Positions 38,814 to 47,988 of a stretch of 64,000 bases of DNA are shown here, piece by piece (positions within the stretch are counted from its first letter, which is position 1; the number at the start of each line of letters is the position of its first letter). A model generated the notes under the pieces. It did no database searches, was not told where the DNA came from, and saw only the letters and a program-made list of their open reading frames with translations. The position numbers were made by a program, and so were the translations under genes. This DNA comes from Octopus sinensis (lineage: Eukaryota). The stretch is from NCBI RefSeq assembly GCF_006345805.1, contig NC_043003.1, positions 20,832,001 through 20,896,000 on the forward strand, given 5' to 3'.

Positions 38814-39508
38814 CTCGCCTGACCCCTGTGCCGGTGGCACATAAAAAGCACCATCCGTTCGTGGCCGTTTGCCAGCTCTGTCTGGCACCTGTGCGGGTGG
38901 CACGTAAAAAGCACCCACTACACTCACGGAGTGGTTGGCGTTAGGAAGGGCATCCAGCTGTAGAAACACTGCCAGATTTGACTGGGCCTGATGAAGCCTT
39001 CTGGCTTCACAGACCCCAGTAGAACCGTCCAACCCATGCTAGCATGGAAAACGGACGCTAAACGATGATGATGATGATGATGATATATATATATATGTAT
39101 GTATGTGTGTTTATATGTTTGTGTGTCCGTGTTTGTCCCCCCCAACATCGCTTGACAACTGATGCTGGTGTGTTTGCATCCCCATAACTTAGCGGTTCGG
39201 CAAAAGAGACCAACAGAATAAGTACCAGGCTTGCAAAGAATAAGTTCTAGGGTCGATTTGGTCTTGACTAAAGGCGGTGCTCCAGCATAGCCACCATCAA
39301 ATGACTGAAACAAGTAAAAGAGTATATGAATATATATGGAAGATTGCAAACAAGTGACACTATATTACAATCAGTTTATGATGTCAAAGCAAAGAAACAA
39401 ATACGTTTTCCTTGTATCTACAGTGTCATTTACCCCAAGATACACTACAAAACACTTATCCCTAATCTTTACTCCATTGAACTACAACATTCCAGACAAA
39501 CAGACATG

Positions 39509-39546
<38 letters not shown>

Positions 39547-42500
39547 CACATACATACTTCACATTTTCTTTACAAACATCAATGTCTGCATTTTCAAACT
39601 GAACATCCTTGAATCAGTTTCAGAGGCTGCAAAACCAAAGGAAGCTGTTCAATATTCTTCAAAAAATCACTAAAACAAGTTTATGTGAAAAGTTTTAAGT
39701 AACTGCTTGTCCTCACAAAATAGCTGCTAAATATCTATCAAATCACATTTTTACTCTCTTAAAAAATGAAGAATACATTGGTCGCTGTAGTCCTAGATAC
39801 ACTGTCTCTGAAATAAAAAAGATAAAATGGTCCTGACTGAAACAGCGGCGAGCTGGCAGAACTGTTAGCATGCTGGGCGAAATGCTTAGAGGTATTTCGT
39901 CTGCCGTTACGTTCTGAGTTCAAATTCCACCGAGGTCGACTTTGCCTTTCATCCTTTCGGGGTCGATAAATTAAGTACCGGTTACACACTGGGGTCGATG
40001 TAATCGACTTAATCCATTTGTCTGTCCTTGTTTGTCCCCTCTGTGTTTAGCCCCTTGTGGGTAATAAAGAAACAGATCATAGCTCTACTGGGTCAGAGTT
40101 GACTACCTGATGACCAGTAACCCATAGCCACTATCCAATGGTCAGTCCTCTATAGCCATTCTCTGTTGGCTACAATTCAATACCACAACTCATTAATACT
40201 CATGAACCAATGGTCAGTCCTCATTAGCTTCTATCTAGTGGACACTATTCCATAGCCACTTCCTGATAACCAGTACCCAATAGCTACTACTTAATGGTCA
40301 ATCCTCAATAGGTACTATCGATAGAATCAGACCCCTACTACAACCCTAAAACTGACCTTAACACTTTTGGTAAAATTCTTTTTCATTTCTCACATTAAAA
40401 AAATTCACTTGTGTCTTTTTTTTGTTTTGTTTTTTGTTGGGTATTCTTTTACCTTTAGCACACTATAGGTGCATCCTATCAATGTATGAGTTTTCTCCCC
40501 TGTAATAACAGGGCAGTGACAAAGGAAATAATTCTAGGGAAAATGGAGTGTACTAAAGGTTGATTCTGGTTTAGCTATCACTATTCACTACAACAACTAC
40601 ACAACTTATATGAAATTAATTATAAGAACAGCAACAATCATAAGTGTATAACACAACAATGTTGATAACAACTGTGGTACGACACAATAAATAATACACA
40701 CCTTTACAAAATTTGAATCATCTGTGGCTGGTGGGTTCAACAGGCTGGAAGCCAAAGCCCAGGTTTGACGAAGTCCCTAACATCAAAGAAAGGATGAGGA
40801 AAAGAATAGAGTTCAGTAAATATGGTAACAATCATTTTAGTTGAAAGTACAAAACAAAAATCATAACAGTTGTCCAACACAGCAATCATAATAACAAACA
40901 AGAGCACTCTGATAGTGCAAACCTCTGCCAAGGCAACACCAACGTCCTCTCAATGATTAGCTAGAGATGGTTTTTAAAATGAGAATATCTGAAATAAACT
41001 CGACTGTTCTCACAAACTAGAATACTAAGAACAAACTCAACTGCTCTTAAAAATTAAGTTAAAAAACCAGAAAAATAATCCAGAATCCTTGTCCAGTACT
41101 GGATTGATCCCAAAATCTAATGTGTTCATGCCAGTCACGAGGCCAAACAACCCTGAAAGTTTCATCCAAATCCATCCAGCGGTTCTTGAGACATCTTGAA
41201 ACAAACATGACTGAAAACAATACCTCTGCCTTCACTAAGGCAGAGGTAATCAGTGAACTGTTATGTGGTCACTTATTTTGCTGAAATATAGCTAAAGTTC
41301 CTTCAAATTATATCCTTAAAAAAATGGAAGTGACAAAATGAATAATGGAGTCTTAGATATGCTGTTGCTGAAGAAAAAGAACAGAAATATCATAGCTGTG
41401 AAGCAGAACTATACTTTTGAGTCGAATTCTAGAACATGTTTTTCTTGACCAAGAAATCTTTTGTAAACAACTGCTGGATTTTCAGGTGATGATGTCACCA
41501 CAGATCAGCCCAATCAGGTTCGAAGAACTCTACTCTAGATACATGCAACCACTGAACATAAAAAGATTATTGAAAATATACTTTTTAATAATAAACCAAC
41601 CTTGCAAATAATGGTTTCTTTGAGACTTATTGGAATTCCATGAAGAGGTTTGGTCACAGATGGCTGGGAATCACAACTTAGTGCTAATTCCTGTGAAAAA
41701 ACAAAAAACAAAATTATTAACATTTATTTTTGCCTTCAAACTAAGCACATGGTAAATGCTTTTCCTATCACCAACTACTTTAAAAGTGTACTACATGCAT
41801 TTTCTTGAGGCACCAACACTGGAAAGGTTGAGAAAAGATAGTTTAAGAACTCAAAACATTCCATACTCATTTACCGAACATTTTCCAGCATTTTGTGAAT
41901 GTACTTTTATGGCCCCAATACAAGAGAGATTGTTTCATTGCAGCTAAATTTTGTTTATACAGCTGTCTTCATCTATACACACCACATAACCTATTTCTTT
42001 ACTACCCACAAGGGGCTGAACACAGAGAGGACAAACAAGGACAGACAAACGGATTAAGTTGATTATATCGACCCCAGTGCGTAAATGGTACTTATTTAAT
42101 CGACCCCGAAAGGATGAAAGGCAAAGTCGACCTCGGCGGAATTTGAACTCAGAACGTAACAGCAGACTAAATACAGCTACGCATTTCGCCCGGCGTGCTA
42201 ACGTTTCTGCCAGCTCGCATAACCAAACTAATATAGTCTTCTCTCTTGCACACCTCTTATGTCTAATTTTTCTTTCAGTATATTTTCAATTTGTTGTACA
42301 TGTACTCTGGCATTGCACATCCAATAGGGCAGACTAGCTTTATCCTTTTCTTTTCTTCACATATCCTATGCATTAGGCATCTATATAAAGAATTGCCAAT
42401 TACTTAAAGTGAACAGGGCTTGTGGAAGAGGGATGTCCAGGAAGACATGACTTTGAAGCAGTAAAGGCTGATCTCAAGAGGTTGACCTCACAGAAGAGAT

Positions 42501-45404
42501 AACAAAAGACTGAAATGACTTGTGATTCCTTGTGTTCATGTTGGTTTATCTGTCTCAAAAAATGTGAGGTCCTAAAAGCATTATGCTTATGTGTATACAC
42601 TCACTGGGCCCTGCTTCTGCATTCAAGCTGTCCCTATGTAAGGCTACTATGTAAAGGGTAAGGGTAAAGACCCCTTTGGTCATGAATGACCATGGAATTG
42701 TGCCTAAAAGTTACCCTCCGAGGTACAAGTCTGGGTAAATTTGTTTATGGAAGACCAGCAGCTGGCCATGCATACCAGCCTGCTCTCTCCATGCCACCGA
42801 TGTTATCCAAGGGAAAGGCAAAGGCCAATACAGCTTGGCACCAGTGACATCACAACTCATTTCTACAGTGAACTTGAGCAATGGGAAATAAAGTGTCTTG
42901 CTCAAGAACACATGTGGTGTTACACAAAATACACATGAAGCAACTGCAGACACAATGAGTAACATATAGAACATACTCAGAACAAAAATAAAACAGCACA
43001 TAGAATAATGTATAAAATGCATATAGTAGTCTACTAAGGGAATAAATACAGAATAGATAATGTCATCTTACCTCAGCTTCAGGAATTAGTGCAACTATAC
43101 AATTGGTTTTCTCTTGTGCTTCAAGTGCCTATAGTGAAAAATCAGAGGTCAAACATGTAGCATATTGATTTCACTGTCACTCCATCAGTTACAACAATGA
43201 GTGTTCCTGTTGATCTAATCAAAAGAACAGCATGCTCATGAAATTAACATACAAGTGGCTGAGCACTCCACAGACACGCATACCTATTTCTTTACTACCC
43301 ACAAGGGGCTTAACACAGAAGGTACAAACAAGGACAGACAATTGGATTAAGTCGATTATATCGACCCCAGTGCATAACTGGTACTTATTTAATCGACCCC
43401 AAAAGGATGAAAGGCAAAGTCGACCTCAGCGGAATTTGAACTCAGAACGTAGCAGCAGACGAAATACCGCTAAGCATTTCGTCTGGTGTGCTAATGATTC
43501 TGCCAGCTCGCCGTCTTAATGTATACCTATTTCTTTACTACCCACAAGGGGCTAAACACAGAGGGGACAAACAAGGACAGACAAACGGATTAAGTCGATT
43601 ACATCGACCCCAGTGCGTAACTGGTACTTATTTAATCAACCCCGAAAGGATGAAAGGCAAAGTCGACCTCGGCGGAATTTGAACTCACAATGTAATGACA
43701 GACGAAATACCACTATGCATTTCGCCTGTCGTGCTAACATTTCTGCCAGCTCGCCGCCTTAATGTATACCCTTAATGCATACCCTTAATGTAGTTCTCAG
43801 GAAGATTCAGTGAAACTCAGAACATTACAAGGCTGACCCTTTGAATTGCATTTGCAATTCATTTTTGCCAGCTGAGTAGACTGGACTGACATGAAAAAAA
43901 GTGTCTTGCTGAAGGACACACTGCACCACTTGGTATTGAACTCATGACCTTATGATCACGAGCCAAATACTCTAACCACTAAACCACTACAATATTGGCA
44001 AAAGGTTAGAGATTTTGATGAAGGTGTTGCGTATACCTTTCCTTGAATGAGTTTCCCATCATTCCGATATATGTCTTTGGTATCCCGTTGGGGGTCTGTG
44101 ACATATATCGGATTGACAGGAAAGTCGTTCAAGAGAAGGTATATGCAACACCTTGCATCATTCAAAGACTGAGAAGACAAAACCAAGGGAGACAAACTCC
44201 AAAAAATGCCTTCTAGAGTAGTGTCCTTTGATTCATTGTTTCATTGTTTTACTTGCAGGAACCTATGAGAAATCCTGTGAAAAAAACAAGATTGTTTTCC
44301 AAAATAGAGGCAAACACCTTTCTCCATGAGATCGGCTTGAAAAATTGTTAAGATACTTGGATATTTTCCTACTCTTCTTAACATGAGACTAATGGTAGCC
44401 TCCAAGTTCATTCACAAAGCTTTGGTTGGTCTGAGGTTATAGAAGAAGACACGTGCCCAAGGTACGACACAGCAGGACTGAACCTGAAACCATGTGGGTT
44501 TTCAAAATAACCTCTTAAACACACAGCCATGGAAGTTCGTTACTTTTCTCAGTTTGGCTAGAATGGGATTCCTGTAAATTACCAATAATCATTGCATATG
44601 GTATATGAGGCCAACTTGCAATGGATGAAGGTTCTTATGTGAAGGTGATTCAAAGGTTTAGGACTTTACATTCTGAGCTTGTCTTCATATCACAAAAATA
44701 GAAAAGATTAGAAGAAGAAACAAAACAATCGAAGAATATTTTTCGAAATAGACAGCAAAAAGAATTAATAAATAAATAAATAAAAATTAAAATAACCTTG
44801 AACTGATAAGCATGAAGTACGTCAATGGCTTTTAATGATCGTTCTTTGAGTTGCTTCTGTAGCTGGACAATGTCCAGTGATAGAATTTTGTTTCTCATTT
44901 CTTTGGTAAGCTGAAAAATATAAAGAATGAGGGAGAAAAAAAAACCTTCTATGAAAACCATCACCATCATTATAATCATCATTGTTGTCATCGTCATCAT
45001 CATCATCATCATTGTGGAGGCGCAATGGCCCAGTGGTTAGGGCAGCGGACTCGCTGTCGTAGGATCGCGGTTTCGATTCCCAGACCGGGCGTTGTGAGTG
45101 TTTATTGAGCGAAAACACCTAAAAGCTCCACGAGGCTCCGGCAGGGGATGGTGGTGAACCCTGCTGTACTCTTTCACCACAACTTTCTCTCACTCTTACT
45201 TTCTGTTTCTGTTGTACCTGTATTTCAAAGGGCCGGCCTTGTCACTCTCTGTGTCACGCTGAATATCCCTGAGAACTACGTTAAGGGTACACGTGTCTGT
45301 GGAGTGCTCAGCCACTTACACGTTAATTTCACGAGCAGGCTGTTCCGTTGATCAGATCAACCGGAACCCTCGTCGTCGTAACCAACGGAGTGCTTCCAAC
45401 CAAC

Positions 45405-45461
<57 letters not shown>

Positions 45462-47988
45462 ACTCTTCATCTCCATCATTTTTTTGGAATATGCTTGTTA
45501 TGGAATAATTCATAAAGAGGAAGTTGTTTTAAATAGTAGTGTTAGCTATTTCCAATTTAGTTTTGGATTCAAAATTTTTATAAAGTGTTCTTTTGCCTTT
45601 AGTAATTGAACATCTTCCTCCCTTAGAAATATTTTGAATTGTACATTTGCATGAATGTCTAGATGTTTCACTACATGAAACGACACAAAAAGATGAATCT
45701 TTGATTTGTTGCTTATATACTGTAACATGATATATTGATATTAACCCTTTAGTATTTAAACCAGCCATATCCATCCCAAATATTCTATGTGTTTAATGTT
45801 CAAACTAACCAATTTCAGCCTCTCACACTTACCATATAATGTCAATTTAAAAATATACTATCACATCTCTTTACTCTCTTCACTCTTTTACTTGTTTCAG
45901 TCCTTTGACCATGGCCATGCTGGAGCACCGCCTTTTAGTCGAGCAAATCGACTCCAGGACTTATTCTTTGTAAGCCTAGAACTTATTCTGTCAGTCACTT
46001 TTGCCGAACCACTAAGTTATGGGGATGTAAACACACCAGCATTGGCTGTCAAGCGATGTTGAGGGGACAAACACAGACACACAAACATACACACACACAC
46101 ACATACATACATATATATATATATATATACACACACACATATATATGATGGGCTTCTTTCAGTTTCCGCCTACCAAATCCGCTCACAAGGCTTTGGTCTG
46201 CCCGAGGCTATAGTAGAAGACACTTGCCCAAGGTGCCACGCAGTTGGACTGAACCCAGAACAATGTGGTTCGTAAGCAAGCTACTTACCACTCAGCCACT
46301 CCTACACATCCTACATCATTGAAATCCATAAGTGAAATAATGCATAACTAATTCAAGTCAATTTGAATAAATAAACATTATTCTTGGCAGAATAATCTGA
46401 ACATTATAGGATTAATTTCATTTCCATTTGATTGAGATAATTCTCATGATGTGGCAAATGAGATTTTTTTGCAATTCATATTTGCATTAACCTTCAGATT
46501 TTTTTTTCCCAATTTTGATGGTTCCCTGTTCAATAATTTCACATGTCCCACAACAAATATCTAAGCAGTTTGCTACCTGCATTATTTCTTCTTCTGATGT
46601 GAATTTAACCTTTGTTAGTACAAACACACAAATATCAATATTCCATTTTGCAGCCACCATAATCCCAGAAAGCTCAACACCTTACATTCAGCCAAACAAT
46701 ACCTTTCAATTTTACCAATTTCATGCCAATCATCAAATCTCAAAAAATTAATTAAAGAATCTCTATCGTTCAACCTTATGCTCAAAGAATCTCTACCATT
46801 CTACCTTATGCTCAAAGAATCTCTATCGTTCTACCTTATGCTCAAAGAATCTCTATCGTTCTACCTTATGCTCAAAGAATCTCTATCGTTCTACCTTATG
46901 CTCAAAGAATCTCTATCGTTCTACCTTATGCTCAAACTGGCCATATTTGGCTTCTCACACCAACCTTACAAGATCATTCTAAAAATTAACAGTTACCTCG
47001 TCAGAATATCAACGTCACAAGGTAATGCATCATTAATTCAAAACAGTGTGAATAGGTAAGAGTAGCATTTGATAGAATAATATAAACATTAAAGGGTTAA
47101 GGCTTAACTTCAACCAGAATTAATAAGGAAGACAAAAAGAGAAAAAGAAACTATAAAAACAGACAAGTAGGATAAAAAAAAAAGAAAAGTAAGTGAAAAT
47201 ATGAGGGAACTGATATTATTTCATCACACATTTAGTCATTGTTTGTTCCTTCTCAAGCCACGCCTAGCTCATAAGGGCTAGTTTCCCAGTTTCCTTGGTG
47301 TATAGGTCCATTGCAGGTGAGCTGCAAGATGCAGGAGGAAAGAGTGAGAGAAAGTCATGGTGAAAGAGTCAGCAGAAGTTCGCCATTACCTTCTTCCAGA
47401 GCCGCGTGGAGCTTAGGTGCTTCACTCATAAACACACACATCACCTGGTCTGAGGTTCGAACCCGCGGTCCCTCGACCACGAGTCCACTGCTCTAACCAC
47501 TAGGCCATGTGCCTCCATTGGACACTGAAAAGTTTCATCTTTATGTTGTCATTTGACAGAAGATTGTTGTTATTCTTAAACCCCAGGTCAATCATGATCA
47601 AACAGACCAATGAATAAAGACAAGTTGTGCTAAACCCATATTTTGCTTATTTCAGGTATAGTGTATCTAGGACTGTTTAATTCAATTATTCATTGATAAA
47701 GATAGAGACAGGTGATGCAAAGGAGAAATAAATACAGAAACCTGTATTTCAAATACTTACACTTGATTTCTGTAACCTCTTTTTCAATGCTTTTAGTTGT
47801 TCTGCACGTTTATTGCGGGCATCCTTTATGGCTGCCTTAACTTTTAGGTGCATGTGTACTCTTTTGATAAAACTTGCCAGTAAAGCACCACCTGATGCCA
47901 ACAGGATTACATATAAACCTGGTTCTATGTAAGGATATACCTCTGCAGGTATATAAAGCTGACAGTATTTACGAAGAGTGTCCTCCAT
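7693..47988 (-). CDS. FAAH: Fatty acid amide hydrolase (FAAH1-like amidase-signature enzyme), 17 coding exons, 584 aa (joined CDS)
   Basis: Manually joined exons 47761-47988, 44797-44910, 43072-43128, 41601-41690, 40702-40776, 38415-38476, 36072-36278, 35266-35306, 34278-34402, 31893-32018, 26727-26818, 23169-23256, 20802-20845, 16955-16994, 14467-14575, 10087-10220, 7693-7815. They sum to 1755 nt with an open frame and GT-AG introns. Motifs: [10 protein letters not shown] (K157), [10 protein letters not shown] (S233), GTDQGGSIR (S257), an N-terminal hydrophobic helix and C-terminal [10 protein letters not shown]. The family call is strong; exact orthology needs a tree. Confidence 0.93.
8173..8569 (+). 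mobile_element. Non-autonomous Helitron, about 397 bp
   Basis: 5' A|TC start, 3' GC-rich imperfect hairpin cccgagcaactctggg followed by CTAG|T. Inserted between A and T with no TSD. Confidence 0.7.
10087..10220 (-). CDS. FAAH: FAAH coding exon 16 ([23 protein letters not shown]...FMKK)
   Basis: ttctttgcag acceptor, AAG|gtagga donor, 134 nt. YT.LYN.L..PA..(M/V)PVT motif. Confidence 0.93.
10693..11500 (-). mobile_element. 5'-truncated RTE LINE (C-terminal ORF and 3' UTR)
   Basis: Minus ORF ...[21 protein letters not shown]...GRPRKTW, homologous to 12690-13268. Tail reads catcatcgtttaac on the plus strand. Confidence 0.9.
11942..13840 (+). mobile_element. 5'-truncated RTE-clade LINE (RT, PHD-like finger, C-terminus, 3' UTR with 60-bp repeats, (GAT)n tail)
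   Basis: 439-aa open frame with [27 protein letters not shown] and GRGRPRKTW. The 3' UTR ends in ggacgttaaacgat(gat)n. Sits inside the (TA)n of a SINE. Confidence 0.93.
14467..14575 (-). CDS. FAAH: FAAH coding exon 15 ([26 protein letters not shown]...)
   Basis: atgtttcag acceptor, A|gtaagt donor, 109 nt. LD(A/V)(L/V)ICP motif. Confidence 0.92.
15149..15500 (+). mobile_element. Probable LINE (RTE-type) 5' UTR-like fragment
   Basis: Starts after (TA)n and has a caccaagcttgcttggtg palindrome. The motif gggcatccttctaggagaagg resembles RTE 5' UTRs from memory. No ORF. Confidence 0.3.
16345..16860 (+). mobile_element. SINE family A, full copy with expanded TA/TG linker
   Basis: Head, linker and 3' body all present. 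Confidence 0.8.
16955..16994 (-). CDS. FAAH: FAAH coding exon 14 ([13 protein letters not shown])
   Basis: Long polypyrimidine tract with ttccag acceptor, CAG|gtgagt donor, 40 nt. Phase 2 to 0. Confidence 0.8.
17032..19445 (+). mobile_element. Decayed Ty3/Gypsy LTR-retrotransposon internal region (gag, protease, RT, RNase H)
   Basis: PBS-like TGGTGACAAG at 17032. gag start [17 protein letters not shown], protease [38 protein letters not shown], RNase [14 protein letters not shown]. Many stops and frameshifts; no integrase or LTR seen. Confidence 0.88.
19850..20700 (+). mobile_element. 3' fragment of an RLE-type non-LTR retrotransposon (R4/Dong-like)
   Basis: Decayed CCHC knuckle ([18 protein letters not shown]), [27 protein letters not shown]...VVEIS (PD..D/E nuclease) and [10 protein letters not shown]-terminus. 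The clade assignment is inference. Confidence 0.78.
20802..20845 (-). CDS. FAAH: FAAH coding exon 13 ([15 protein letters not shown])
   Basis: tattttgcag acceptor, AC|gtgagt donor, 44 nt. Phase 0 to 2. Confidence 0.78.
21019..21240 (+). repeat. Interrupted (ATC)n/(GTC)n microsatellite, about 220 bp
   Basis: Direct reading. Abuts the remnant RTE tail atctgctttccatgctggcatg. Confidence 0.95.
22201..22420. mobile_element. piggyBac-type MITE, 220 bp
   Basis: TTAA|CCCTTTCATTAC ... GTAACGAAAGGG|TTAG, inserted inside a SINE-B copy. Confidence 0.8.
23169..23256 (-). CDS. FAAH: FAAH coding exon 12 ([12 protein letters not shown]...ALIYPL)
   Basis: ttttttcag acceptor, TTG|gtaagt donor, 88 nt. Phase 2 to 0; corresponds to the membrane-cap helix region. 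Confidence 0.83.
26247..26575 (-). mobile_element. Short RTE 3' end
   Basis: catcatcgtttaacatccgctttccatgctagcatgggttggac... plus degenerate repeat units. Similar copies at 25390-25570, 28770-28972, 48530-48960 and 61660-61922. Confidence 0.8.
26727..26818 (-). CDS. FAAH: FAAH coding exon 11 ([31 protein letters not shown])
   Basis: aaatttcag acceptor, AT|gtaagt donor, 92 nt. (L/M)(V/I)EF.PP and DG motif, phase consistent. Confidence 0.87.
28362..28768 (-). mobile_element. Mariner transposon 3' fragment (transposase C-terminus and TIR)
   Basis: LLHDNAQPH and [17 protein letters not shown] (decayed HDNARPH and YSPDL). TA|TTAGGTTGTCAAGAAAGTTCTTGC TIR. Truncated by an RTE 3'-end insertion. Confidence 0.88.
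29181..29512. repeat. Near-perfect AT-rich palindrome, arms about 160 bp, 6-nt loop
   Basis: 29181-29339 pairs with 29346-29512 with few mismatches and one 5-nt indel. Confidence 0.92.
30330..30520 (+). mobile_element. Old RTE-like LINE C-terminal remnant
   Basis: Reads [19 protein letters not shown]...DRDT...LMENRASW, a decayed W.P...R..GRP...M.DR..W motif. Confidence 0.4.
31893..32018 (-). CDS. FAAH: FAAH coding exon 10 ([16 protein letters not shown]...LEAKGHT)
   Basis: ttttccag acceptor, ACA|gtaagt donor, 126 nt. LRIGYY..D and GHT motifs. Confidence 0.94.
32382..33633. mobile_element. Solo LTR, about 1.25 kb
   Basis: Begins TGTTACG and ends CGTAACA (7-bp inverted termini, TG...CA), with a 4-bp ATAT target duplication. 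No pol ORF. Confidence 0.75.
33672..33930 (+). mobile_element. Short RTE 3' end
   Basis: Two repeat units plus the conserved tail, starting directly after (TA)n. Confidence 0.8.
33999..34090 (+). repeat. (GGT)n microsatellite
   Basis: Direct reading. A similar (GGT/GGC/GGA)n block lies at 38221-38360. Confidence 0.9.
34278..34402 (-). CDS. FAAH: FAAH coding exon 9 ([10 protein letters not shown]...PIKFQDH)
   Basis: ttttttaattgcag acceptor, CAT|gtaagg donor, 125 nt. GPM motif and DP..P..F motif. Confidence 0.92.
34789..35001 (+). mobile_element. Mariner-derived MITE
   Basis: TIRs ..ggtgctgaaaaagttccaggc / gccaggaacttttcagcatccc.., TA duplication, internal sequence from a transposase 3' end. 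Related copy at 2042-2240 and a right-end fragment near 4470-4540. Confidence 0.75.
35266..35306 (-). CDS. FAAH: FAAH coding exon 8 ([14 protein letters not shown])
   Basis: cttattgtag acceptor, A|gtaaga donor, 41 nt. The only candidate I found that reconciles the phase 2 and phase 1 junctions. Confidence 0.82.
36072..36278 (-). CDS. FAAH: FAAH coding exon 7, amidase signature ([21 protein letters not shown]...[21 protein letters not shown])
   Basis: tttttcag acceptor, GG|gtaagt donor, 207 nt. Carries both catalytic serines. Confidence 0.96.
36364..36580 (+). repeat. Degenerate about 19-bp tandem repeat (taaacacttcattacattc-like)
   Basis: About 11-12 diverged units. Confidence 0.6.
36650..37075 (+). 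mobile_element. Tandem pair of SINE family B
   Basis: Two head-to-tail copies, each ending in taaagaaataaga. Confidence 0.8.
37495..38050. mobile_element. Non-coding element flanked by (AAT)n, copy 2 (inverted)
   Basis: Reverse complement of 6241-6797, with ATT repeats at both flanks. Confidence 0.8.
38415..38476 (-). CDS. FAAH: FAAH coding exon 6 ([21 protein letters not shown])
   Basis: ctatttcag acceptor, AC|gtaagc donor, 62 nt. GAIPF..TN.PQ motif. Confidence 0.93.
38812..39085 (+). mobile_element. Short RTE 3' end (2 repeat units and tail) nested in SINE (TA)n
   Basis: ggtggcacrtaaaaagcacc units, ...acggacgctaaacgatgatg tail, flanked by the two halves of a SINE-A. Confidence 0.85.
39846..40072 (+). 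mobile_element. SINE family B (ggcgagctggcagaa...gttctgagttcaaattcc...gtaataaagaaa)
   Basis: About 230-bp repeat. Copies at 1268-1512(-), 31005-31235, 36650-37075 (two), 41992-42218(-), 43277-43760(-, two) and 48630-48858(-). Many decayed variants (23750-24350, 31630-31845, 34430-34640, 53300-53525, 54480-54955). Confidence 0.85.
40702..40776 (-). CDS. FAAH: FAAH coding exon 5 ([25 protein letters not shown])
   Basis: ctttgatgttag acceptor, AAG|gtgtgt donor, 75 nt. In frame, fills the G..T.G....P...DS..V segment. Confidence 0.85.
41601..41690 (-). CDS. FAAH: FAAH coding exon 4 (ELALSCDSQ...[15 protein letters not shown]), catalytic Lys
   Basis: tttcacag acceptor, AAG|gttggt donor, 90 nt. 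G(I/V)P(I/V)SLKE motif. Confidence 0.93.
43072..43128 (-). CDS. FAAH: FAAH coding exon 3 ([19 protein letters not shown])
   Basis: cactatag acceptor, GAG|gtaaga donor, 57 nt. Contains the amidase ..TNC.. motif. Confidence 0.9.
43277..43760 (-). mobile_element. Tandem dimer of SINE family B nested in another repeat
   Basis: Two head-to-tail copies, with taatgtatacc repeated between and after them. Confidence 0.82.
44797..44910 (-). CDS. FAAH: FAAH coding exon 2 (LTKEMRNK...HAYQFK)
   Basis: tttttcag acceptor, AAG|gttatt donor, 114 nt. Resembles the FAAH segment before the amidase domain. Confidence 0.9.
45014..45405 (+). mobile_element. SINE family C (tRNA-derived head)
   Basis: A box tggcccagtgg and B box ggtttcgattcc. 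Related copies at 24610-24918(-), 47240-47520(-) and 57645-57915(+). Confidence 0.8.
45875..46305 (-). mobile_element. SINE family A, full copy
   Basis: Reverse complement of the 60085-60500 architecture. Confidence 0.82.
46754..46933 (+). repeat. Tandem repeat, 6 x 30 bp (aaagaatctctatcgttctaccttatgctc)
   Basis: Four identical units plus two with 1-2 substitutions. Confidence 0.95.
47761..47988 (-). CDS. FAAH: FAAH coding exon 1 (MEDTLRKY...LQKSS), includes predicted TM helix [18 protein letters not shown]
   Basis: ATG at 47988. An acceptor tttattttcag lies 6 nt upstream of the ATG, implying an upstream non-coding exon. Donor AGT|gtaagt at 47760. 228 nt, phase 0. Confidence 0.88.

Noticed and set aside
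45014-45090. tRNA gene
   Set aside because: A and B boxes are present, but the head continues into a SINE body and recurs in diverged dispersed copies. I could not build a convincing full cloverleaf.
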